Below, piece by piece: positions 1 through 12,052 of a stretch of 64,000 bases of DNA. Position 1 is the stretch's first letter. Every line of letters begins with the position of its first letter. The notes under the pieces were generated by a model. That model ran no database searches. It saw nothing but the letters and a program-made list of their open reading frames with translations, and was not told the DNA's origin. The DNA is from Podarcis liolepis. Lineage: Eukaryota. The stretch lies in the NCBI GenBank assembly GCA_965112155.1, contig OZ218098.1, one strand, 5' to 3'. The position numbers and the translations under genes are program-made.

Positions 1-371
1 TCTCAGTTAAATATATGTATGAGCTGGAGCTAAGTTTTGATATGCTAGTGTATATCCAAGGAAAGCTGCAGAGGATATAATGTTCAGCCAAACCATGGCT
101 TAACACAAATGTGCAAGCATGAAAGTTCTCAGAGGTGACCCTGGTTCTTCTGCTGCTGCACGGCTGCAATGAAACCATGGTTAGGCTTAGCATGTTGTCC
201 AAGCCAGGACTCAGGGTTTGTCTGAGGCAATCCCAGGTTCAGATGAAATGACATGGCTGAGTTTATAGCAGCGAAGCAGCAGGAAGACCAAAAGAGGAGC
301 AAAACAACTGCAGTCTCCTCTCTGGGAGCAGCCTGCAAGCTTGCATGTTTGCCAAAGGTGGTACCTCAGTA

Positions 372-602
372 TAGTGGTACCTCGGGTTACAAACACCTCG
401 GGTTACAAACACTTTGGGTTACAGACTCCGCTAACCTGGAAGTAGTACCTTAGGTTAAGAACTTTACCTCAGGATGAGAACAGAAATTGCGTGGCGGCAG
501 CAGGAGGCCCCATTAGCTAAAGTGGTACCTTAGGTTAAGAACGGTTTCAGGTTAAGAAAGGACCTCTGGAACGAATTAATTTCGTAACCAGAGGTACTAC
601 TG
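372..602. mobile_element. Tc1/mariner-pogo-type MITE, family A (ends CAGTGGTACCTCGGGTT...AACCCGAGGTACCACTG), copy 1
   Basis: Degenerate TIRs flanked by TA; highly similar to four other copies in the window. Confidence 0.85.
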
Positions 603-2676
603 TACATGTGAACTCGACCATTATTGTGTGAACAGGTCTTTGTGATCCCAAGTATACTTAGAATTCTCCCTAACACTGGATTGAGTTCAGAGGAGTTTAC
701 TCCCAAATATATTGGCTTAAGTTGGAGGCCTGGTACTGTTGTCCTGTGTGTAACTGCCTGAGATCATTCTATTTCTTTCAGTGAAAGTTGAGTGCATTGA
801 GGTTTAAAATACCACAGTGCAGTCTTATAGTGCATTTTCTTGGAGATAAACTCTGTTGAAATCAATAGAAATTGGTCCAAAACAAAACTGCAATCCTAGG
901 CTATCCTGTTTCCTTGGAAGTAAGGCCTGTTGAATTCAGTAAGACTTCTGAATAGGCAGGATTTGGATTACACAGTAAATGCATGTAGATTTGGCAGTGA
1001 TAATGCTTCTAGAAATGTACAAACTGATAAGGGCATATGGAAGAATGAGGACACTATGCAGGTCATGTTGGTGATTAATTCTGTCCTATGGTCGGTTTGG
1101 TTCAGAAGTGTCCTATGCTGTAGCAGCTGTACAGGCTTTTAAAGGGGGACAGTGCCTAGCATTTTATAAAGTGCTTTAAAGTGTTCCACTGCTTCACCTG
1201 CAATATTTCTGTGATCCTCACTACATTCTTATAAGGTGAGCCAATATCATTACTGTTAGAGCGACAATTTTTAGGCACACCTAAACCCATGGATTTCTGG
1301 TATATGCATTTTCTGCATATGGATTACGCTACTAGCTGAAGTCTTTGATACCCCCTTCCTTCCACCCCTTCATAGTTTAGGTTTGTGTGAAAGTAGACAG
1401 ACAGGCCCAGGTGAGCTTAAATTCTCATGCCTTTGTTAAATTAACTTTTGAGGCAGTTCGAATTGAAGCACATCATGCCTTCTATATAGGATATTTGCCC
1501 TACAGGTGTGTGAACGGGTTCATCCACCGTCACTTTATGATTTATGTTCACTGGAATTGTTTTTACTTTAATGTAAGCATTGTCGTTCCAACATATTTTC
1601 TGTTTTGGGTAAACTATTAGTTGGCTTTGATCAAATAATTCTATGTCATCTTGTCAGTGTGACAAGGAGAGAGAGTGGATTGGTTTATACATAATGCCAT
1701 AATACATAAAAAATTCTGACCAACACTACAGCCAGTTTAGTGGTCCTAGATATAAACAAATATTTAGGGGATATTCAGGGAGCAGGTGCCAACAGTTTCT
1801 TTGTAATTATAGCTTTCCCTCTCTTGAAGCTTTTACTATTTATTTGCTTTTTTAACTGGACATATTTTAAATATTATTATAATTACTAGATTTTTATGAC
1901 ATTTTTCAAAGGTGTTAACCAGCAGGCATTTCATTCCCACCCACTTTTTGACTCGATACCATTTAAAAACTGCTTCTTGCTGTGTGTGTGACTGGGGATT
2001 GGGAGGTGTTTGGAATGATTAGCAAGCATACCGCTGTCCACTTTGGCAATAATTCGTTCTTTCCAGTAAATCTGTTCTGCAATTTGGCAGGTGCTCATTA
2101 ACATAAAGTCTTTTTTTTTTAAAGGAAAGTAAGCTGTTTTTCATGGCATTTATGGCAGCTATTTTCCTTAGCTCTTATCATGGTTTTCTGGAGGAACTCG
2201 AACTGAAATCTGTTTTCCTTTGCAAATTCCTTTTCCTACCGTATTGAGAGCACACAGAGCACTGTTAATAATAGACAACTCAGTCATTTGAGCAATTGGC
2301 ACAGAATCTTTTCTAAGGAAAACAACACATTTTTTTTTTAAAAAAAAGGAATTGGAATGATGAATTGGAATATGTTGATAAAGCGTAGATACCACAAACT
2401 GGAGTAATACTCTCGGGACTGCATTATAAGAACAATAACAGTCAAGTGATTAGAGGAGACGAGTCATTCGACCTTTGGGCTGCTTTAAATCCATATGCTC
2501 ATAGTCTCGTGGGTTTAGTTTTGCAGTTTTATGTGCTTTTTTAAATTGGGTCTATAAAATGAGCTGAAATCAACTATCTTTTTTAATAGGGATGTTGCAA
2601 TGCCAGATTACTTTGTCTTAATATTTTTGCTTTATGTTCCTTAGTGGGAGCTAGGCATATGTATAACTAAAATGTA

Positions 2677-2935
2677 CCATATTTTTTGCTCTATAAGACT
2701 CACTTTTCCCCTCCTAAAAAGTAAGGGGAAATGTGTGTGCGTCTTATGGAGCGAATGCAGGCTGCACAGCTATCCCAGAAGCCAGAACAGCAAGAGGGAT
2801 TGCTGCTTTCACTGCACAGCGATCCCTCTTGCTGTTCTGGCTTCTGAGATTCAGAATATTTTTTTTCTTGTTTTCCTCCTCCAAAAACTAGGTGCGTCTT
2901 GTGGTCTGGTGCGTCTTATAGAGCGAAAAATATGG
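2677..2935. mobile_element. Tc1/mariner-type MITE, family B (ends CCGTATTTTT(T/C)GCTCTATAAGAC), copy 1
   Basis: About 24-bp TIRs flanked by TA; internal hairpin CAGAAGCCAGAACAGCAAGAGGGAT...ATCCCTCTTGCTGTTCTGGCTTCTG; near-identical to 50309-50567. Confidence 0.88.
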
Positions 2936-3797
2936 TATTTATCCTACTTCTCAGTCCAGAGATCCCCTCCAAAGTGGCTATCAATAAAGCAATTATATAA
3001 TTAATGAAAACAAGCACACCCACCCACACCCTCCCAGGCCACAAGAAGTGACTGTAAAGCAGTATCAGTTTACATATACTGTAGCCCAAATGCTGTTGGA
3101 ATAGATACAGGAAGCAAAGCTATTATAAAAAGCCACTTTGCATGCTGTTTGTTTACCTGTGACCACAGAAAGGTGGAGATTTTGTATGCTATTTCAAGTG
3201 TCTTGTTAGGCCATTGGCAAAACATGTACAGAAATGTGGCTTGGATCAGTGTCAGATAATTGTAGGGTTCCAAGCTTTTCTTTTAGCAGGACTGAAAAAA
3301 CTGGATTGAGTTTTCATTCAGGCTGTCAGTCTGATCAGCATTAGGGATGTGTGTTCAGGATGGTACATGAGGGCCAAACTAAATGTGTCGTGGAAGGTCT
3401 GTGAATAGGATTTTCTAATGGTTAACAACAGCTGCAACAAGACCTAATTGAGACAGCAGTGTTAAGGCACCCATAGGTTTCCCCGGGAAGGTAGGGGCGG
3501 GACGGATGGACACAAATAGCAGTAGGGATGGGGCAGCAATTTTCATTGTAGAAATTGTATGCATGGCATTCACCTCCTGTGGCTGCTTCTAATCCTTTAA
3601 ATGCTACGGAAGATTCTAGCATTGAATTGTAGAGTTGGGAGGGACCCTGGGTCCCCTAGTCCAGCCCCCCTACAGTACAAGAATCAGGATGTGGTTTGAG
3701 GGTTGTTGTTTTTAAGCATACATCTATATTCACCCCTAGACAGGAGGGGGAGATGCCCCCTGCCTCAGTTCCTGGAAATGACTCACAAGTGTTTGTA

Positions 3798-3916
3798 GAT
3801 CCCCAGATGTTGTTGGACTACAATTCCCATCATCCCTGAGCTCTGGCCTTGCTAGCTAGGGGTGATGGGAGTTGTAGTTCAACAACATCTGGGGATCCAC
3901 AGGTTGAGAAAGGCTG
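3798..3916. mobile_element. Palindromic hAT-type MITE, left end missing
   Basis: 35-bp inverted arms 3798-3832 / 3863-3897 and a GGTTGAGAAAGGCTG right end; core similar to 18294-18430. Confidence 0.65.
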
Positions 3917-4299
3917 CTCTACAGCAGTGGTTCACAGTCAGCTAAGTACTGTGGACCAAGCCATGGACTCCCTACTTTTGAAAATGTTGATATCTTTTTA
4001 CACACTGAGCTGCTCAGGTAGACTGAAGGGGGAGCAAAGGCTTGATTACCTAGTTTCTCCCAGGGTGAGCAAAACCCAGCAGGATAGCTTACTTTATGGT
4101 CTTAACTCCTTCATGTGTTAGACTTAAGTATGTTGGTTATATGAGGCTGGTTATCCCGCAAAGACATTTTCTTGGGGGCGGGGGCTTTACACCCTGAATA
4201 TGTTTTACTTTGTGTTGTTGTTGAGTTTAGATTCTTGAGGTTTTAACTTTCAGCGGTTTAATATTAATATTGTATATTTTATTATTGTAAACAGCTTTG

Positions 4300-4450
4300 N
4301 NNNNNNNNNNNNNNNNNNNNNNNNNNNNNNNNNNNNNNNNNNNNNNNNNNNNNNNNNNNNNNNNNNNNNNNNNNNNNNNNNNNNNNNNNNNNNNNNNNNN
4401 NNNNNNNNNNNNNNNNNNNNNNNNNNNNNNNNNNNNNNNNNNNNNNNNNN
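4300..4450. other. Assembly gap (151 N)
   Basis: Run of N in the sequence. Confidence 1.
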
Positions 4451-4675
4451 AGAGACAATGGAGTGTGCCTTTGTGGGTGGAAGTCAAACCACTGCATTTG
4501 CAGCACTGAAGTGACCTCCCCAAGTTGCAGGCCTGGCATTGTATATGGAGATTCTGAGCTGCCCAGACGACAAGACCCCCCTCTCGGCCTTACTGATATG
4601 GTCCAAAGGAAAGCAGAGCAATACATTTGGCATCAGCTTGACTGCAAGAGTAGCCTGAAAGAGGCATGCAAGACA
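4451..4675. mobile_element. Interspersed repeat fragment next to the gap, probably RTE-related
   Basis: CCCAGACGACAAGACCCCCCTCTCGGCCT...GGTCCAAAGGAAAGCAGAGCAATAC is recalled as a squamate interspersed repeat; not verified. Confidence 0.35.
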
Positions 4676-6227
4676 CGTATGTATGTGTGTGTTCATTCTA
4701 CATAATCAACTGTTCCCTCAAAGTAAGAATCACATTATTCCTGCAGTGTGTAACAGCTAGAACCCTAGAACCCAGTCAGCAAAATCCACACCATGTGGAT
4801 TCATAATCCAGCAAAATTATCAAGCCATATGGAAGGAGACACATATCAATCACAATTTGGCACATATAAATTTTCAATAATAGTTAATTGGAAGACTATC
4901 CCACAAAATATTCATAAAGTTAGCTTTATTATATTAGCCATCACCAGCGCCTGTCATCGGTTTCCAGAGAGATGACTTAGTTGGCGAAGTGTCAAAGGGT
5001 ATAATACTTCATAATGAGTTTCTCTGATATTGATACAAGATGAGTATGCCAAACCCTGTGAAAGCATTTTATTCCACACTTGTGATTGAATAGGATAAAA
5101 CCATTTGAAAAGAGCTTAATCAGGTATAGTAGCCAAAGGGGCCTGTATTGGCATGTATAATATTGTATATTCTAACACACAAGACTCATTTGTTATGACT
5201 TCTGGTCCATTTTGAGACCTCACCAACCAATTTAAAAATTATCACTATAAATAAGTGTCAATAAAATAGATCAACTGCTGTCCTTATAAAACCAGTCAGA
5301 TGAGACTGAATATGAATATAGTCTGAAATAATCTTGTTTAATCTCTTTGCACAGACAGCTGCTAAATTTTGTAATCTTGGTTTAAAAGTGGTATTGGATG
5401 ATACGGTGAGGTCAGTGGTGGATTTTTACCTTTTTTGCATATTAATATAATCCATGCCTCATTCCTATGATAACAGTGAATGGGTTCAGAATAAATGGTT
5501 TGACATTTGCCACCTTAGCTTTTTCAAAGCATAAAACAAATCCACTTCAAACCATGGATTATGAAGCTCGTTTGTTTCAATAAATCATAGTTAAGATGAG
5601 CCACCTTTCAAGGTTTGTACATAATGCTAAACTATGGTTAACTGAAAAAATATTTTATTTTTATACATTTAACATAATTTATATACCGCTAGTAGAGCAA
5701 AAGACATCTAAGTGGTCTTCTGTTTTCCTTGAGGTTACGCCAAAGGAGTGGGGAGGCTTGACTGCACAAGAACAAGACTCATTCACTTAACATCAAACCA
5801 TGGATGTGATAATGTGCATTCAGTGTGGGATGCACGCACCTTTTTGGGATGCTATATGCACAGGGTCATCCCCATGTTGCTCCTATTCCACACTATTTGT
5901 CAGCCTACAGTGCTTTCTGCTGGAACAGTTGTAAAGTGCTTCATACATGTGTATACACAGAGAGAGCACTTCTTCTGGTCATTTCTTACTGGAGCAGAGC
6001 TACTGATGTTGCCTGGCTGTGCCACTCCACTCGCCCTGTTTAACTTCTCTATGAGTGAAATAGGAAACAGTACAGTAACTTACTTGCCTCTGTGTACCGA
6101 TATATTTCTTTTGTATATCAGTATATCAACACACCTCTGTTCTGAAAGACAGGGCAAATATTTTAAAAAGCAAATCTCTGGAAACATTTATTGTGAGGAA
6201 GGGAAAAGAGAAGTCTGTTGCACAGTA

Positions 6228-7941
6228 CAGTGGTACCTCGGGTTACAGACGCTTCAGGTTACAGAAGCTTCAGGTTGCAGACTCTTCTATTTTTTTTTAA
6301 TAATAATTTTTTATTCATTTTCCAGACATTTTTATACAATCAACTCATATTAACTCTCACATTCATCAATTTTTGACTTCCCTCAGTTTCTCTGCCAATC
6401 TTTCGTTAAAATTTCTATTGTTAACGCATTTCTGAACTTATTATTGCCTTTAACCGTTCCTCTTCCTTTCTCCTACTTTCTTTTTTACAATATTTCTTAA
6501 TTTTTCACAGAGACTCTTCAAAACCAACAAGCGTTGTCTGTGCATCACATATGCTTTTCAGATAATCTGTAAATTTCCCCCAGTCCTCGATAAACTTTTG
6601 GTCTTTCTGATATCGAATCTTCCCAGTCAATTTATCCAATTCTGCATATTCAGTCAGTTTCATTCTCCATTCTTCCACAGTTGGAATTTCTTCCTGCTTC
6701 CATCTTTGCGCCAGAAGTATTCTTGCAGCTGTTACAGCGTATTGGAAAAGTTTACAATCTTTTCTATTAATTTCATTACCTACCAATCCTAGTAAGAAGG
6801 CTTCTGGTTTTCTAACAAATGTATATCTCAACATCTTTTTCAATTCCTTATATATCGTTTCCCAGAAGCCTTTCACCTTTTTGCATTCCCACCACATATG
6901 ATAGAAAGTTCTTTCTTTTTCTTTACATTTCCAACACTTGTTACATGTTTTATACATTTTAGCTAATTTAACTGGCGTTATGTACCATCTATATACCATT
7001 TTCATTACATTTTCCTTCAACGCGGTACACGCCGTAAATTTTAACCTTTCATTCCATAATTTCGTCCAATCATCATATTGTATATTATAGCCAAAGTCTC
7101 TGGCCCAATGTATCATTACTGATTTCACCTCTTCATCTTTTGTATGCCATTCCAACAACATTCTATACATTTTAGACAAATTTTTATACTCATTATTCAA
7201 TACCTCTATTTGAAATTTTGATTCTTTTCCTTCATATCCACACATTTTACAGTCTTTTTTAAACATTTCACTAATCTGGTAATAGTGCAACCAATCATAA
7301 ACAAATTCTTTCACCTCTTCATAAGTCTTCATTTTCCATTTCCCCCCCTCTCTTACTATCAATTCTCCATAAGTTATCCCCCTCCCCCTCATGTTTATCT
7401 TTTTCACACTCATCACTTCCAATGGTGAAAGCCAATGGGGGAGTCTTGGTTCCAACAAATTTTTATACGTCTCCCACACCTCTATCAATGATCTTCGGAA
7501 GATGTGGTTTGCAAAGCCTTTATGATTTTTTTTTCTTTTCATACCACAGATATGCATGCCACCCGAATCTATTATCAAATCCTTCTAAATCTAACAACTC
7601 TCCATTCACTAATTTAATCCATTCCTTTAACCAACAGAGGCATGATGCTTCATAATATAGTTTCAAGTCTGGCAGGGCAAAGCCACCTCTTTCTCTCGCA
7701 TCTGTTAATAACTTAAGCTGAATCCTTGGCTTGGTGAAAGCCAAGGTTGCAGACTCTTCTAACCCAGAAATAGTACCTCGGGTTAAGAACTTTGCTTCAG
7801 GATGAGAACAGAAATTATGCTCTGGCGGCGCGGCGGCAGCAGGAGGCCCCATTAGCTAAAGTGATGCCTCAGGTTAAGAAGAATTTCAGGTTAAGAGCAG
7901 ACCTCCAGAACAAATTAAGTTCTTAACCCGAGGTACCACTG
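6228..7941. mobile_element. Family A MITE copy 2, split by an L1 insertion (MITE parts 6228-6289 and 7744-7941)
   Basis: TA-CAGTGGTACCTCGGGTTA left end and TAACCCGAGGTACCACTG-TA right end; the two halves join into the family sequence once the insert and one TSD copy are removed. Confidence 0.9.
6290..7743 (-). mobile_element. 5'-truncated L1-clade LINE (ORF2 C-terminal part + 3' UTR + A-rich tail)
   Basis: ORFs 6505..7578 and 7520..7743 give GGFALPDLKLYY and the CCHC knuckle CWKC...HMWWEC typical of L1/Tx1 ORF2. T-run at 6290 is the tail. Perfect 18-bp TSD AGGTTGCAGACTCTTCTA at 6272-6289 and 7744-7761. Confidence 0.92.
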
Positions 7942-9038
7942 TAGTGTGAAAAACATCACCACCTTTGTGTATGAGCAAACAGGGTAGTTGTTGCTACTGC
8001 TTTAGATGACACTATCAAGCAAAGGTGTGTACAGTTGCAAACTTCTATGTATAAAAGTACAAACTGCTATGTACAAAAGCACTCTGGGGGAAAAATGATG
8101 TGTGTGCATTTCAAAGGCTGCATGTGTACGTGGCCCTTTAAAGTCCAGAGCTTTATTAGACCAAAAGGCCCATCTAGTCCAGCATCCTGTTTCTCACAGT
8201 GACTAGCTAGATAGCTAGATAGGTAGCCCACAAGCAGGATAGGAGAACAACAGTCCTCTCCTGCTCTTGTTCCCCAGTGACTGACATTCAGAGGCATTTT
8301 CCTTGGGTCATTTGCAGTTAGAGAATCAGTTCAAGGATCAGCTGTCCGGTGCACATACTCATGGCAAAATAAATAGTCGAACCATAGTTGCATGTAACAT
8401 TTTGTCTGGGTGTCATGATTGTTATCTCAGTCGCAATTGTATTAATGAGTCATTGTTTTGGCTGTGCTCTTGGACTTTCAAATAGGCATACACAGGATAA
8501 ACGAAGATACAAAATTCCATTCCATTCATTTTATTTGTCTGCCGTTTTTCTACACACAAAAAAAAAATCATCCTCAAAGCAGCTTACAACAAACAGGGAT
8601 GCATTTCAAACAAACACTACAAAAAAAGCAAAACAAAATGAATATAATAACAAACCCACATTCAAGACTATAAATATAACAGGATTAAACAACATGCAGC
8701 ATCCAATAGCCCAAAGAACAAGGGGGCTTCACAGTTTCACCTTAGCCCTAGAAACACCCTTCCCATTATGTTGCTCACAATCCCTTTCCAGCAGCACCAG
8801 CAGCTTATAAGGCTTCTAAGGGGTAGGGGTGGGGTAGCTGGAAACACCCATCCCACGATGTCTGCCATCTGTAGAAGTTAGACAAATTGAAAATAAGAAC
8901 ATGGGCCTTATTTTGTGTTATGATGCTTCTGCAACTCACCGAGAGAGGAAATGAGGCAATAAACTGAAGGGCATCAAAACACTACTCAGCCCATTATTCC
9001 TATCTTTTGGCTCTGTGACTTCACCAGAGAGTCATGTA

Positions 9039-9389
9039 CTGTATTTTTCGCTCTATAAGCCACACCCAACCATAAGATGCAACTAGTTTTAGAGGAGGAG
9101 AACAAGAAAAAAAATATTCTCTCCCTCTCCGCAGCACCCCTTCAGCGAAGCGGCAGGAGAAAGGGAGCCCCTTCCATTTCTCCTCCTGCTTCGCTGAAGA
9201 GGCGCTGTGCAGAGAGGGATAGCCGGCTGAAGCCTCCGGAGCACAGCTGGAGCGCTCCTGCTGCGCTCCGGAGGCTTCGCGTTGCTTTCGCTGAAGCCAT
9301 GGAGTCTGCATTCGCTCCATAAGACGCACACACATTTCCCCTTACTTTTTAGGAGGGGAAAAGTGCATCTTATAGAGCGAAAAATACGG
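9039..9389. mobile_element. Family B MITE, variant with a different GC-rich core, opposite orientation to copy 1
   Basis: Same TIRs, subterminal segments and TA TSD as copy 1, but the internal segment is different. Confidence 0.85.
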
Positions 9390-11077
9390 TACTTATTTTA
9401 AGTCTGTTTTCAAAGATTTAAGGACTGTTAAGTTTTTTGTTTTTTGTTTAAAGACAGCTGAGATTCTCAGAATAATAACTTACGTACTCAACATGCATTG
9501 CAATAGCAGACCACAGAGTATACACAGCCTTGGGCATAAAGGGTGGCATGAATTAGAATACTAATCCTGTAAACCAGTCAATAAGTACCCAGCAAAATTA
9601 GATGTCGTCTTGTTTCTGTGGTGATAAATTTGACATTTTGGGGGAGAAGGAGCACTCATCCAAATGATTCTTCATTAGCCTTGGTCTTACTGTCCTCTTT
9701 ATGCCTGTAGAGACATTAGAGAGTGTGGTTGTGCCTTAATTGTCAACAGCTTTATTATTTCATCTGTTTTCATTTGTCATAAACCATTTTAAAATACAGC
9801 ACCCACATTTCATAACTGTGAATGAAAAGTACCCATTATTTCAGCTCAGAAGCAAGTTACATAATCCGACGGTGTAGAATGTAATTTTCTTAAATTACTC
9901 AAAGTTGGCGAACAGGCTTCCAATGGGTTTTTAAGTGGTGGTTTTAAAATTCTGGTTTTTCTTATTGGATTGACATTTGAACTAGAAGGGTGGTGCCTAA
10001 CTGCTCTAATAAAGAAAGAATTGACATATCCCTAGACATTGTGATTCTCTTTTTATTGTACAAATAATATCGTATGTTGCTCTCTTCATACTGAATCTCC
10101 TTTTTTTATTCCCCATGTACTTTCAAGCTATTACTAGCTGCTGAACGGCTACTTCACAAAACACATTTTCCTTACATGGAATAAAGTGGCCCTGAGATTC
10201 TAGTAATACTGGTTCTAGGTCTTTGTGTGGCCTCTTCCTGACAGAACAAGAACCACCAGCTTATTCCATACAACACAACATTGTGCGGGAAACACATTTC
10301 TAAGCCAGAGATGGGGAACCTGTCACCTTCCAGATCAACACTATCTCCAGCTCCCCTCAACTCAGCATAGGGGGTAGATTTCCTCAATCCTTAAATATGC
10401 CCAAAAGCATTTTGATCTATCCCACAATGAAAAGTGAGGTGAATGAAAAAGAATAGTGTTTAGCTCTCATTATGATCAGTTTTGAAAATGCCATGATGCA
10501 AATTGATAGGGGATTAAAAGAACTAATTTTTTTGGGAAATGTTCAAAACAAAATTGTTTTCAGTTCAAATACGCAGAGAGTTTATTACATTAAGAATTGT
10601 ATGGGAAATGTCTGACATCTCTGAAAGGTTGGTGCAAATGAAACACAAAAGCCTTCACCTATCTTTGCAAATTAACTGTGATCATCCAGCTTTTGGTGAC
10701 CCTCATGGTTCCTTTTCATCCTTTTTATTCTACATGGATGGTATTTACCGTCAGCCGGGCACGTGTAATGCTGAATGCTAGCTTTGGTTGTATGATAGTT
10801 TCAGTTACATAGACTCCATGTGTCTATTCCACTCAACAGACTAGTCTGTTTAGACTAGTCTACCTCTCTGCCACCGACAGCCATTCACCTCCAAAATAGT
10901 AGTGAAGATGGTTATGGAAAGCCCTTAATACAAGATATTAAACCGAAAGGGTTTTTGTTTTTGTTCCACTGTCCTTATGTGGACCTAAATGCTGAATTAG
11001 TTGTCCACCCCTTTGCTGGGGTTTCGTTATAACAGTTGTTCAGTTAGAGCCTACCCATATTCACTTGTACAGCTTCT

Positions 11078-11081
<4 letters not shown>

Positions 11082-11120
<39 letters not shown>

Positions 11121-11124
11121 GTGT
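11082..11124. repeat. (GT)n microsatellite
   Basis: Direct reading. Confidence 0.95.
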
Positions 11125-11697
11125 TGGTGTTGTCAGAAATACTTCAAAGAGTAAGGCTCACTTGAGGCAGCTGCCAGACAGGTTTAACTGGGAGGAACTG
11201 GTATGGTTTTGCTAAGTAACTCGTATAAAGGTTGAATTAGATACATCCCAGGTCTTCTGGATGAGCATAATGCAGTTAGACCTGTTTGTAAATGTGTGTC
11301 AAGATGGGTTTATTTGCATCACAGTCTCTCCATATTTGAGGACAAGTTCTGTGTTTTGGTTCTGAGAAATGGTGTTAGTCCTGTCCAGTAACGGAAGTCT
11401 CTTCTGCATTCAAGTTTGTTGTAGATCACTGCAGGAAAAGAACTAGTTTGAGGAGTGCTACTTGTCTCACTTGGTGCTATATGTATGTGTGTGTCCTGAG
11501 AATTGGTCATCGGAAATACAGTAATTGACTTGCCAGATCATCTCAAGCAGCTCTGTTCACCAGTGGCCACTCAGATGCTTCTGGATAGTTGATAGTGTTT
11601 CCTATTATTTGTGTATCCTCACCCCAGCCTTTGGTACTCAGGAAATATATTGCCACCAAACATGAATCTTCATTTTAGCTTCATCTATAGACATGTT

Positions 11698-12052
11698 TGG
11701 CAGGACGCGGGTGGCACTGCGGGTTAAACCACAGAGCCTAGAACTTGCCGATCAGAAGGTTTGCAGTTCAAATCCCCGTGACGGGGTGAGCTCCCATTGC
11801 ACGGTCCCTGCTCCTGTCAACCTAGCAGTTTGAAAGCACGTCAAAGTGCAAGTAGATAAATAGGTACCGCTCCAGCGGGAAGGTAAACGGCGTTTCCATG
11901 CGATGCTCTGGTTTGCCAGAAGCGGCTTAGTCATGCTGGCCTCATGACCCAGAAGCTGTACGCCAGCTCCCTCGGCCAGTAAAGCGGGATGAGCGGCGCA
12001 ACCCCAGAGTCAGGCACGACTTGACCCTAACGGTCAGGGGTCCCTTTACCTT
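11698..12052 (+). mobile_element. Sauria-type SINE, full length
   Basis: tRNA-like head (GGTGGCACTGCGGG, GTTCAAATCC), family core and CCTTTACCTTT tail; 12-bp TSD TATAGACATGTT at 11686-11697 and 12053-12064. Confidence 0.9.

Noticed and set aside
4463-4705. 80-aa ORF with a donor-like GTATGT as an upstream ITPKA exon
   Set aside because: The sequence appears to be an interspersed repeat, its 5' side is hidden by the N gap, and it has no ITPKA similarity.
5748-6353. 201-aa + strand ORF
   Set aside because: No recognisable domain; it runs through a MITE and the L1 tail, so it is a chance ORF.
6505-7578. 357-aa ORF as a host gene
   Set aside because: It is L1 ORF2 sequence with an A-rich tail and an 18-bp TSD.
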